A DNA stretch of 64,000 bases, from positions 2,944,001-3,008,000 of the forward strand of contig OY969934.1 of NCBI GenBank assembly GCA_963704725.1. The letters are read 5' to 3'. A program made the translations under genes and the position numbers. This DNA comes from an uncultured Actinomycetes bacterium. GTDB taxonomy: Bacteria > Actinomycetota > UBA4738 > HRBIN12. Each line of letters starts with the position of its first letter. Position 1 is the first letter of the stretch. Below are positions 53,300-64,000 of this stretch, one piece after another. The notes under the pieces were generated by a model. That model made no database searches. It worked only from the letters and a program-made list of their open reading frames with translations, and was not told where the DNA came from.

Positions 53300-56126
53300 C
53301 GCGCATCACCTCCCCGAGGTCGACCCGCCGGGCCCGTCGGTTCGTCACCGCCGCCCCGATCCATACGAGCGCCGCGATCGCGGCTGCCGCGGCGAAGATG
53401 AGCGCGATCGGAAGGACGAACAGCGGCGGTGGCGGGATCGCCGTGATCGGGTCGAGTCGCGGAACCGTGACCCGGGCTGCGGCGAAGGACAGCGCGGCCG
53501 CGACGACGAAGGCCAGTGCGAGCATGACCCCGAGCTCGATCGTCAGGGCGCGCCGATGCTGGCCGTGCCGCATCCCCATCCGGGTAGAAAGCGCGTAGGA
53601 GACGACCTGGGATCGCTGCCGGGCCTGCAGGTACATCAGCATCCCGACGAACGCGAGCGCCGCGGCGATCGCACCGAGCGCGTTCACGACGATGAACGTG
53701 TCGATCGCGGCCGCCACGTGCGGGATGTCCGCGATCTCCTCCGCGGTCCGGACGACGAACGACGGAGTCTCCATCGCGGCGAACGCGCGGCGCAGGCCCT
53801 CGGGATCGCCCCGCGCCCAGAGCTCGGCGCCGTACCGGGCGAGCGGGTTGTAGGGAAGGTCGAGACGTTCCAGAAGCCGGTCCTCGTCGACGACGAGCAG
53901 GGGGTGCCGCGAGTACAGGCCGGGGAACGCCGAGGGACGCGCGACGACCTCGACGGGGACGGTCGCGGCCCCGACGAGGACCTCGTGCACGGAAAGGTCG
54001 CCGCCGGCGGCGAGAACGACCGGCAGGGGCCCGTCGCCCGCGGCGCCCAGCCGCCGGGTGATCTCCTCGAGGGAGGCGTCGTCGAATCCGGAGTTCCAGT
54101 ACGCCGCGCCGGCGAAGGTGTCGGCGTCGATGGCCAGCAGGTCCAGCGGACGTCTTGAGGGCAGCCGCGCGCCTTCGCCGATCTGGACGACGCGGGTCGC
54201 GGGATACGGGAAGTCCTCCGGAACGGTGCCGTTCGCGATCACCTGGGCCGAGGCGTCGCTCCCGACGAAGACGTGGGCCTTCGCGTCGACGCTGGACTGC
54301 AGCGATCGGGAGACGATCTGCGCGTGCAGGAACGTGCCGAGGCACAGTCCCGTCCCTCCGAGGAGGAGCATCGTGAACGCCCCCCCGGCGGCGAGCCGTC
54401 TCGTCGCCAGGTAGGTGGCCGCCGGTGCGGAGGTCGTCGGCCTCCGCATCCAGGTGAACGCGTGGCGGGCCAGTCTCGCCGCGAGGAGCGAGAAACCGGC
54501 GAGCAGGAGGAACGGGAACGCGATGAGAGCGAGGCTCGGCCGGACGACGTCGAGCCGTTCGTCCGTGACGAAGGCGCCGGTCTCGCGAAGCCGTTGCAAC
54601 GCGACGAAGGCGAGCCCGATGATCGCGAGCTCCCACGGGACGACCGACACGAGCCGCGCGAAACGCCGGCCGTGCGGGTCCACCACGCGCAGGTAGGTCC
54701 GCGCCGCGACGATCGACATGAGCACGATCGCCCCGAGGACCGCCGCGAGCGTCGCGAGACCGGCGTCGGCGAACGTCGAACGGTCGACCGGCCCGCCTGG
54801 CCCGAGGGTCCCGACGGCCAGGACCGCGATCCCGAACCCGAGGGTGCCTCCCACCAGGCACGGGAGGAGCGTCTCGAGCGCGGTCCGCGAGCCGACGAAC
54901 GCCGGCGACCGGCCGCGCGCGAACTGCCACGCCGCCTCGATGTGCCGGGACCGGACCGAGAAGGCGCCGGCCGCCGCTACGACGACGAGCGCGACCGCGA
55001 TCCCCGCAACCTCGAGCACGCGCGCCGGTCCCTCCAACGTCACGATGCGTTTCTCCGCCTCGTCGACGACGAAGCCGATCGAGGAGGCGAACGACGTCGT
55101 GGAGGCGCCGAGCCGCGGGACGAGGGGCCTGATCGCCCCGTGGAAGAACCGCTGGCAGCAGAGGAAGGTCTCCCCGTAGCGCCCGTCGGGGAAGCTGATC
55201 TGCTCCATGACGCCGCGTTGGTACTGCTCGAGCGCGCGCGCCTGGTCCAGGGTGATCGAATCGACGGCCAGCGGCGCCATCCATCGGAAGGTCGCCGTCG
55301 TCTGGCCGAGCTCACGCTCCAGGCCGAGCAGCTGGTCGCGATCGGCCAGGATCGGCTGTGGGAGCGGTCCACAGTCCGCACAGTCGGGCAAGCGGAACTG
55401 GTCGGTCCAGGGGAGCCAGTAGCCGCCCGGCGGGATCTTGTAGATCGCGCGATAGATCCCGTCAACGAGCACCGGGACGGCGGTGCCGACCTCCGGATCC
55501 TGGAGCTGGATCGTGTCGCCGGGCCCGACGCCGAGCTGTTCGGCGATGAGGTCTGCGATCCAGACGCCGTCGCCCTCGGTGCCGGCAAGGCGCTCCACGT
55601 GATCCAGGACCCCGGTCGAGGCGAACAAACGGCCATCCTGCGGCTCGCCGCCGCCGATGGAGACGTCGAGAGCGTTCCCCAAGATCGCCGCGACGGGTGG
55701 CCCGAGGATCGGACTCCCCGCCGCGAGCCGGCGGAACGGATCGGTCGGTTCGTCCGTCCCCGGCGTGAACAGGCGGCCCTGGAATGGGTCGGGCCCGTCC
55801 CTGGTCACCCAGGGCGGGACATCGAAGAGCTGGACCCGGTCGAGCGGCGCGTCGGCGAAGGTGTAGCTCAGTCCCGCGCCGTAGCGGGTGATGCTCGGTC
55901 GATCGAGCGCGGCGCGGACCAGGTTGCTGGTGGTGGCGGCCATGAACAGGGGGTAGGCGGCGGCGGCCACCGCGAGCAGGAGTGAACCGAGCGCCACCGC
56001 GGCCAGGAGCGCGGGGTGGCGGAACAGGAGGAACGGCGCCCCCCGCCGGAACGCCGGGAGGCCGCGCGGGTGCGACGGAGAGGCCGGCGCTCGCTCCTTG
56101 ACCTGGGTGGTGGGCTCGGCCATCAC
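53289..56126 (-). CDS. Large duplicated FtsX-type ABC permease
   Basis: 945 aa, two large extracytoplasmic loops each followed by a TM bundle; RQRSQVVSYALSTRMG; overlaps the ATPase gene. Confidence 0.8.
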   Translation of the reverse strand: MMAEPTTQVKERAPASPSHPRGLPAFRRGAPFLLFRHPALLAAVALGSLLLAVAAAAYPLFMAATTSNLVRAALDRPSITRYGAGLSYTFADAPLDRVQLFDVPPWVTRDGPDPFQGRLFTPGTDEPTDPFRRLAAGSPILGPPVAAILGNALDVSIGGGEPQDGRLFASTGVLDHVERLAGTEGDGVWIADLIAEQLGVGPGDTIQLQDPEVGTAVPVLVDGIYRAIYKIPPGGYWLPWTDQFRLPDCADCGPLPQPILADRDQLLGLERELGQTTATFRWMAPLAVDSITLDQARALEQYQRGVMEQISFPDGRYGETFLCCQRFFHGAIRPLVPRLGASTTSFASSIGFVVDEAEKRIVTLEGPARVLEVAGIAVALVVVAAAGAFSVRSRHIEAAWQFARGRSPAFVGSRTALETLLPCLVGGTLGFGIAVLAVGTLGPGGPVDRSTFADAGLATLAAVLGAIVLMSIVAARTYLRVVDPHGRRFARLVSVVPWELAIIGLAFVALQRLRETGAFVTDERLDVVRPSLALIAFPFLLLAGFSLLAARLARHAFTWMRRPTTSAPAATYLATRRLAAGGAFTMLLLGGTGLCLGTFLHAQIVSRSLQSSVDAKAHVFVGSDASAQVIANGTVPEDFPYPATRVVQIGEGARLPSRRPLDLLAIDADTFAGAAYWNSGFDDASLEEITRRLGAAGDGPLPVVLAAGGDLSVHEVLVGAATVPVEVVARPSAFPGLYSRHPLLVVDEDRLLERLDLPYNPLARYGAELWARGDPEGLRRAFAAMETPSFVVRTAEEIADIPHVAAAIDTFIVVNALGAIAAALAFVGMLMYLQARQRSQVVSYALSTRMGMRHGQHRRALTIELGVMLALAFVVAAALSFAAARVTVPRLDPITAIPPPPLFVLPIALIFAAAAAIAALVWIGAAVTNRRARRVDLGEVMRVAE

Positions 56127-56371
56127 CCAGAACCTACGTTAGGGGGCGGCCCGTGGGTTCCCTCACAGGTCCCTCGGCTAGATCGGCGCCCGATGACCGG
56201 ACCGGCCACAGTGATGCATTGCCCGGCGGTACAAGTGGCTGAGACCAGAGTCAATCTCGGCCGATGGCCCCAACCCCTCCTGGCCCCGCCCGGGATCGCT
56301 TGCCATCGGTCTCTCCGAACGTAGAAGCGCGTATACTTACGTGTAGTTACGAGCGAACAAGAGGAGCAGCT

Positions 56372-56758
56372 GTGGACGCGACGTTCGAGCACGGGCTGGC
56401 GCTTATCCGTCAGGGACTGGCGATCCTGGAGAAGAGCAGCAAGGGCGAACCCGTGGGCAGCGCGATCATGTCTCCTCGGGTAGCGAAGCTCGGCCGGATC
56501 GCCCATCTCCACTTGAAGGCTTTCGAGGACGGCGGTGGACACATGACGCTTGGACAGTCTCGGGAGATCCGCCGGCACCATCTGGGCCCCGAGGTTCGGT
56601 CCACCGCAAACCTGTTCGGGGCGAAGGACAGTGGCGCCATCCTGTACCGCAGGGCCCCCGCCGGACAGCGGCCTAGGGACACCGATCCCATCCGGTTGAC
56701 GAAGGAGGGCGAGCGCCTGGCTATGGAGTACCGGAGGCTGCAGGAGCACGCGGCGTAG
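56372..56758 (+). CDS. Hypothetical protein, possibly winged-helix
   Basis: GAGGAG SD before GTG; TATACT upstream; C-terminal IRLTKEGERLA resembles the end of a wHTH wing. Confidence 0.6.
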   Translation: MDATFEHGLALIRQGLAILEKSSKGEPVGSAIMSPRVAKLGRIAHLHLKAFEDGGGHMTLGQSREIRRHHLGPEVRSTANLFGAKDSGAILYRRAPAGQRPRDTDPIRLTKEGERLAMEYRRLQEHAA

Positions 56759-56941
56759 ATCGCGCTGGCGCCCGGTGAGCGCGATCCGAGCGGGCCAAAC
56801 GCCTCCCCGGAGTGGAAAGCGGAACGAGATGGTCGGCATGGTTCTCGGTCACCAGTCCCTCGATCGATGGCTGTGCTTCCGGCGAGGGCCGAGGCCGGCG
56901 TCGCCGGCCTTCACACTGAGGCACGAGGAAGGGAAGGCGAC

Positions 56942-58872
<1,931 letters not shown>

Positions 58873-59094
58873 AGGGCGGCGATCAGGCCGCGCGGTGCAC
58901 GCACGAGCGAGGGTCCGGTAACCGGGCCCTCGCTGTCGTCTCCTGCAACGGTGACCGTTGCTTCCTTCGGCCGGAGCCCGACTTGCGATCGGTCACGATG
59001 CGAGACCCGCAGGTGAGACAATAGTGATGAGCACCACTCGTCGGGACAGCTTGCGAAGAGGCCGTCGGCCGCCCCTCGCCTCGAGGAGGACGAC

Positions 59095-59280
59095 ATGGCC
59101 GTGCTGATGGATCCCGTTCGCATCGACACTCCTTCGAGGACGGCCATCCGGCCCGCAGCCCCGCTGGATCCATCGGGCGATCCCCCGTCGAAGCCGAGCC
59201 CCTCGGAGCGAACGTTCGAGATCGAGTCGCCGAACGGATACGCACGGACTGTGGTCGGCACGATCGAGTCCGGGGCCTGA
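59095..59280 (+). CDS. Small hypothetical protein (61 aa)
   Basis: Strong GAGGAGG SD 6 nt before ATG; Pro-rich; no recognisable domain. Confidence 0.45.
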   Translation: MAVLMDPVRIDTPSRTAIRPAAPLDPSGDPPSKPSPSERTFEIESPNGYARTVVGTIESGA

Positions 59281-59712
59281 GCGGCGACTCCTCCGGGGTT
59301 CTGCGTGGAGCCGATCCGCTCCGCCAGATCCGAGTCCTCGGGCCGATAGGTCGTTGGGTCGGAGGGTCGCCATCGCACCCAGGAGGGCCGCTCCGCTGGT
59401 GAGCTCGACGAGCCGGCCGATCGGCGTCTTGAAGAAGGGATGCCGAAGCACGAGCGGCGCGCCGGCCATGAGCACCCGGGCTGCGAGGGCGCGAACCTTC
59501 GCCCCGTCGGCGTCGCGAGCCATGCCCTCTCATCCACGCCTCGGTCGAGGGCGCGCTCCGCCTGGGCGAACCAACGGCGCAGGTCCCGAGCCGTGGGGTC
59601 CCGAGTGTCGTCATGCGCTCGGCATACCCACCCCGGCAGGCAGTACGCGCGCGGCTGCGACTCGGCGAGGGACGCCGGCATGGTGCGCTGCTCGCTGCTA
59701 GCGTCCGCCGTC

Positions 59713-60501
59713 ATGGGCCGGTTCGACGGACGCGTCGCGGTGGTTACGGGTGGCGGGAGCCCGGACGGGATCGGGTTCGCGACGGCTCGCCGCCTGGGGC
59801 AGGAGGGCGCGAGCGTCGCCGTCACGGCCACGACCGATCGCGTTACGGTCCGCGCTTCAGAGCTGGAGGGCGACGGCGTCGACGCGGCAGCGTTCGTCGC
59901 AGACCTCACCGACGAGGGCCAGGCACGCGAGCTCGTGGGGGCGGTGCTTGGGCGCTTCGGGCGACTCGACGTGCTGGTGAACAACGCGGGGATGGTCCAG
60001 ACCGGGGTCGAGGCCGCGGGCGGACGCTTCGCGGGCCTCGCCGCCTCCGCGTTCGAGCGGGATCTCGCGCTCAACCTGTGGACGGCCGTCCACGTCACCC
60101 GGGCGGCTTTGCCCGGGATGCTCGAACAAGGCTACGGGCGGATCGTGATGGTGAGCTCGGTCACCGGCCCGCTCGTCGCGAATCCCGGCAGCGCGGGCTA
60201 CGCGGCAGCGAAGGCGGCGATGGACGGGCTGATGCGCTCGATCGCCCTCGAGGCGGCGCGCGCGGGCGTCACGTGCAACTCGGTGCTCCCCGGATGGATC
60301 GCCACGGGGTCGCAGCTTCCCGAGGAGTCCCTGGCGGGACGCCACACGCCGATCGGCCGGAGCGGGACGCCGGACGAGGTTGCAGAGGCCGTCCTCTTCC
60401 TCGCGTCGGAGCGCGCCAGCTACGTCACCGGGCAGGCGCTCGTCGTCGACGGTGGCAACACGATCCAGGAGTACAAGGGTCCGCCGGCGGACTGGTACTG
60501 A
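59713..60501 (+). CDS. Short-chain dehydrogenase/reductase (FabG-like)
   Basis: VTGGGSPDGIG, NNAG, SS, YAAAK, PGWIAT, VTGQALVVDGG. Confidence 0.92.
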   Translation: MGRFDGRVAVVTGGGSPDGIGFATARRLGQEGASVAVTATTDRVTVRASELEGDGVDAAAFVADLTDEGQARELVGAVLGRFGRLDVLVNNAGMVQTGVEAAGGRFAGLAASAFERDLALNLWTAVHVTRAALPGMLEQGYGRIVMVSSVTGPLVANPGSAGYAAAKAAMDGLMRSIALEAARAGVTCNSVLPGWIATGSQLPEESLAGRHTPIGRSGTPDEVAEAVLFLASERASYVTGQALVVDGGNTIQEYKGPPADWY

Positions 60502-60655
60502 CCCCGGACGTGGATGCGACGGCTCCGATCGTCGTGGGACCCGAGGGACCCGTGGAGCTCTCCACGGCCCCCGGCCCGCGGTCGGAACGGCCCTAGGAAG
60601 GTCCCCTCCCCCCGTCGCACGCTCAAGGCCGTAGGAGCGAGTCGGGAGGGACGTC

Positions 60656-61315
60656 ATGAAGCCCATTCGACTGTGGATCGGTCTGGTGCTGGTGGCGCTC
60701 GGCGTCTTCGGGATCCTGGACGCGACCGGCACCCTCGACTCGAGCGAGACGATCGACCAATGGTGGCCTGTGGCCATCATCGGGCTAGGGGGGATCGGGA
60801 TGCTGGTCGAGCGCAGGATCGCGCTCGGGCCGGCGATCGTCGTCGTGATCGGGGTGCTCCTCCTGGCGGACCAGCAGGAGTGGACGGACGAGAACCTGTT
60901 CGGCCCGGTGTTGCTCGTCACGATCGGGCTCGTCGTCCTGTCGGGGCTCTGGCGTCGCCAGATCGGGGGTGATCATCGCGACAACTCGGTCGTCATGTTC
61001 GGAGGCACGAAGATCAAGGACCGGTCCGAGCACTTCACCCACGCGGACGTGTCGGCGATCTTCGGTGGGGCCACGCTCGACCTCCGGGAGGCGCACGTGG
61101 ACCGGGAGGCTTCGGTCGAGGCCCTCGCCCTGTTCGGCGGCGTCGACGTCCTGATCCCGAAGGGATGGCGGGTGGAGCTCGGCGGCACGCCGATCCTCGG
61201 CGGCTGCGAGGACAAGACCGAGGGCGACGGGGAGCTCGCCGCCGACGCCCCCGTGTTGAAGGTCCACGCCACCGCGATCCTCGGCGGTGTGGACGTGAAG
61301 AACGCGACCAACTGA
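60656..61315 (+). CDS. LiaF-like membrane protein (DUF5668 TM + DUF2154-like domain)
   Basis: Four short TMs with WWPVAII; repeated A(I/L)FGG and LDLREA, VLIPKGWRV. Confidence 0.82.
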   Translation: MKPIRLWIGLVLVALGVFGILDATGTLDSSETIDQWWPVAIIGLGGIGMLVERRIALGPAIVVVIGVLLLADQQEWTDENLFGPVLLVTIGLVVLSGLWRRQIGGDHRDNSVVMFGGTKIKDRSEHFTHADVSAIFGGATLDLREAHVDREASVEALALFGGVDVLIPKGWRVELGGTPILGGCEDKTEGDGELAADAPVLKVHATAILGGVDVKNATN

Positions 61316-61354
61316 CGAATCGCGGGTGACGCGATCGCTTCGGGGTCGCCTACG

Positions 61355-61567
61355 ATGCGCCGACGGCGATCCGAAAGCCCGGAGGGGTATCCGCGATTCT
61401 CGGACCTCGAGATGTCCCACCGGCGCTCGGCGCTCGAGGCGATGATGCAGGAGCACGACGTTCGGCACATGCTCCTCCGCGGCGCCAACCGGTTCGGCTC
61501 AGCGGTGCAGCGGATCATGCCGAGGCCGACACCGAACATGTTCAGGCAGATGGTTGCCTCGCAGTGA
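61355..61567 (+). pseudogene. Probable truncated remnant of an M24/creatinase-family peptidase N-terminus
   Basis: YPRFSDLEMSHRRSALEAMMQEHDVRHMLLRGANRFGSAVQ resembles Creatinase_N starts (from memory); the resemblance stops at ~61510. Confidence 0.5.
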
Positions 61568-61718
61568 GCGAACCCAAAGCGGACCCCGACACAGCCTCTC
61601 GCCTTGAACGCACGGAACTTGGGGCTTCATGGCACGATGGAGGGTGATTGGACATCCGAGGGGCCCGGGAATCGACGAAGAACCCTTGTGGTGGTTGGTG
61701 GTGGTTGGTTGGCGTGAG

Positions 61719-61800
61719 TGGGAGGGGGAGGATTCGAACCTCCGTAGGCTGCGCCGGCGATTTTACAGACCGCTCCCTTTGGCCACTCGGGCACCCTCCC
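61719..61800 (-). tRNA. tRNA-Tyr (GTA)
   Basis: GGGAGGGTGCCCGAGTGGCCAAAGGGAGCGGTCTGTAAAATCGCCGGCGCAGCCTACGGAGGTTCGAATCCTCCCCCTCCCA; long variable arm; anticodon GTA. Confidence 0.96.
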
Positions 61801-61870
61801 GGAAGCACCCGGAAGGATAGCAACCGGACACGGTTCCGGTGGGCGGCCGGGCGCCGCTAGGATACGGGCC

Positions 61871-62368
61871 ATGGCGAAGGCCGATTTCTCGTTCGACATC
61901 GTGTCCGAGGTCTCGATGCCGGAGGTGGGCAACGCCGTCGACCAGGCGCGCCGGGAGATCTCCCAGCGTTTCGACTTCAAGGACACCGGCACCTCGCTGT
62001 CGCAGGACGACAAGCTGATCGAGGTCCGCTCCTCCACGGAGGACCGCCTCAAGGCCGCCGTCGAGGTCCTCAAGGAGAAGGCCGTCAGACGGGAGATCTC
62101 ACTGAAGGCACTGCACTTCGGGCCCACCCAGCCGGCGGCCAAGGGCACGGTCAGGCAATCGGTGAACGTGAACGTGGGGATCTCGGACGAGAAGGCCCGA
62201 GAGCTCGTGAAGTTCATCAAGGGCCTGAAGGTGAAGGTCCAGAGCCAGGTCCAGGGCGATCAGGTGCGCGTGACCGGCAAGGCCAAGGACGACCTGCAGG
62301 TCGTGATCAAGGCGGTGCGCGAGCAGGATTTCGGGCTCGCGCTGCAGTTCACGAACTTCCGTCCGTAG
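61871..62368 (+). CDS. yajQ: YajQ-family nucleotide/c-di-GMP-binding protein
   Basis: SFDIVSEV...NAVDQA.REI..RFDFK...QVQGDQVRVTGK.KDDLQ...LQFTNFR; TAGGAT 7 nt before ATG suggests a leaderless mRNA. Confidence 0.95.
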   Translation: MAKADFSFDIVSEVSMPEVGNAVDQARREISQRFDFKDTGTSLSQDDKLIEVRSSTEDRLKAAVEVLKEKAVRREISLKALHFGPTQPAAKGTVRQSVNVNVGISDEKARELVKFIKGLKVKVQSQVQGDQVRVTGKAKDDLQVVIKAVREQDFGLALQFTNFRP

Positions 62369-62464
62369 CCGGGACGTCCCATCGGCCCGGCTCCTCCCCA
62401 CCGAGGCGGCGGATTGTCCGCCTACGAACCCCCCGGTACATTGGCCCCACGGGGGTGATACGCC

Positions 62465-63847
62465 GTGGACACTGACCGTCTGAAGGCCAGGGCCAACGAG
62501 ATCGCAGGCAAGGAGACCGAGCGTCTGCTGGAGCGGACGCCGGCCTCGAAGCACCTCTTCGAGCGCGCCGTCGCGAGCATGCCGGACGGCGTCGCGTCCA
62601 ACTTCCAGGCCGGCCATCCCTACCCCATCTACCTGAAGCGGGGCAAGGGATCCCGTGTCTGGGACGTGGACGGCATCGAGTACGTCGACTTCCACGGCGG
62701 GTTCGGCGTCAACGTCGTGGGGCACGCCCACCCCAAGATCGTCGAGGCGATCCGCGCGGTGGCCGACCAGGGGATCCACTTCGCCGTCTCGACCGAGACC
62801 ACGGTCGCGCTCGCCGAGGCGATCTGCGAGCGGTTCCAGCTCGAGCAGATGCGCTTCGTGAACTCGGGGACCGAGGCGACGATGGACGCGGTCCGGGTCG
62901 CCCGCGCGGCGACGGGGCGCGACAAGATCCTGAAGATGGAGGGCTCGTATCACGGGCACCACGACTCCGTCCTGTTCTCGGTCGTCCCCGAGGCGGACGT
63001 CCTCGACATGAAGTTCGAGACCGGAGGGGCCGGCCGAGCCTGGTACACCACGCGGCCGACGTCCAAGGGCGTGCCCCAAGCCCTGTGGGACACGGTGATC
63101 GTCGCCCCGTTCAACGACGCCGACGCGGTCCGCCAGGCGTTCGCCGACAACCCGGGCCAGATCGCGGCCGTGATCCTCGAGCCGGTCATGATGAACATCG
63201 GGCTGGTGCCACCCAAGCCCGGCTACCTCGAGGCCCTGCGCGATGCCTGCGACGCGAACGGCGCGGTGCTGATCTTCGACGAGGTCAAGTGCGGCGGAAC
63301 GATCGCCTACGGCGGCACGGCGGAGCGCTACGGCGTGAGGCCGCATCTCGCCGCGTTCGCCAAGGCCGTGGGTGGCGGCGCCACCATCGGCGCGTTCGGC
63401 GGGGAGGCCCGCATCATGGAGTGGGTCACCAAGGGTGCCGCCCAGCAGGGCACGTTCAACGGCAACCCGCTGTCGGTGGCGGCCGGGCTCGCCGCGCTCA
63501 CCGAGGTCCTGACGAAGGACGCGTACGAGCACCTCGGCACGCTCGGCACGATGCTCGCCGAGGGATGCCAACGGGCGATCGACGAGACCGGGATCCCGGC
63601 GCACGCCGTCGATCTCGGGGCCAAGGGATGCGTCTCCTACCGCAAGGAGCCGCTCACCAACTACCGGGACTTCCTCGAGACGATCCCTGAGCTCTTCTAC
63701 GCGTCCTACGGGTGGATGGTGAACCGTGGCGTGTTCATGACGCCCGGCGACGAGGAGCAGTGGACGATCTCGGTGCAGCACACCGAGGAGGACATCGGCC
63801 GGTACGTCGACGCCTTCGGCGAGTTCTGCTCGGAGCTCGTCCGGTAG
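62465..63847 (+). CDS. Class III PLP aminotransferase (glutamate-1-semialdehyde aminomutase-like)
   Basis: GSRVWDVDG..YVD, NSGTEATM, GSYHGHHD, ILEPV, LIFDEVK, AKA, GTFNGNP. Confidence 0.9.
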   Translation: MDTDRLKARANEIAGKETERLLERTPASKHLFERAVASMPDGVASNFQAGHPYPIYLKRGKGSRVWDVDGIEYVDFHGGFGVNVVGHAHPKIVEAIRAVADQGIHFAVSTETTVALAEAICERFQLEQMRFVNSGTEATMDAVRVARAATGRDKILKMEGSYHGHHDSVLFSVVPEADVLDMKFETGGAGRAWYTTRPTSKGVPQALWDTVIVAPFNDADAVRQAFADNPGQIAAVILEPVMMNIGLVPPKPGYLEALRDACDANGAVLIFDEVKCGGTIAYGGTAERYGVRPHLAAFAKAVGGGATIGAFGGEARIMEWVTKGAAQQGTFNGNPLSVAAGLAALTEVLTKDAYEHLGTLGTMLAEGCQRAIDETGIPAHAVDLGAKGCVSYRKEPLTNYRDFLETIPELFYASYGWMVNRGVFMTPGDEEQWTISVQHTEEDIGRYVDAFGEFCSELVR

Positions 63848-63874
63848 CGACGCCGTTCATCGCCAAGTACCATC

Positions 63875-63904
63875 CCGGGCCGGCCCGATCGCGGGCCGGC
63901 CCGG
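63875..63904. terminator. GC-rich hairpin (possible terminator or stabilising stem)
   Basis: CCGGGCCGGCCCG-ATCG-CGGGCCGGCCCGG perfect 13-bp inverted repeat after the aminotransferase stop; no U-tract. Confidence 0.45.
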
Positions 63905-63923
63905 TCACGTCACGGGAGACCGC

Positions 63924-64000
63924 ATGCCGTCGATGCACGAGTACACCGAGGAGACCGAGGCTCTCACCCGAGCCGTCGTGGCGTACGCGCGCGGGCGCAT
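63924..64000 (+). CDS. 5' end of a gene running off the window, possibly a PLP-dependent decarboxylase
   Basis: GGAG SD; MPSMHEYTEETEALTRAVVAYARGR...; only ~25 codons visible. Confidence 0.4.
   Translation, partial: MPSMHEYTEETEALTRAVVAYARGR

Noticed and set aside
61530-61545. GAACATGTTC palindrome near tRNA-Tyr
   Set aside because: Spacer is 2 nt rather than the 4 nt of a LexA box.

Overview
High-GC Actinomycetota DNA, probably from a deep-branching lineage (inferred from gene content and synteny). The left third is the minus-strand core transcription/translation cluster: tRNA-Met, tuf, rpmG, two MaoC/HadAB-like genes, tRNA-Trp, secE, nusG, rplK, rplA, rplJ, rplL, rpoB and a partial rpoC. 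This cluster is repeatedly interrupted. The largest interruption is an ~8.7 kb four-gene cassette between rplA and the rplJ leader: a YfhO/GT-C-like membrane protein, a membrane-anchored TPR protein, a ~1,560 aa collagen-like protein built from ~10 near-identical 306-bp repeats and broken by a 4-bp insertion, and a WbpP-like epimerase. Between tRNA-Met and tRNA-Thr lie a large extracellular nuclease, a secreted RTX Ca-binding protein, a lipoprotein and an acyl-CoA ligase. The ~30 kb between tRNA-Thr and tRNA-Tyr/yajQ is accessory. It includes a seven-gene operon resembling the mycobacterial methylthioxylose (MTX) capping genes plus a cytochrome b/internal-Tat/molybdopterin oxidoreductase, dinB with an SOS box, feoB with a Cys-rich FeoA, three ABC systems, a groES-groEL pair without CIRCE, and small remnants. 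No integrase, transposase, rRNA or CRISPR array was seen. Three frameshifts may be sequencing/assembly errors. All family assignments are from motif recognition by eye, not database searches.
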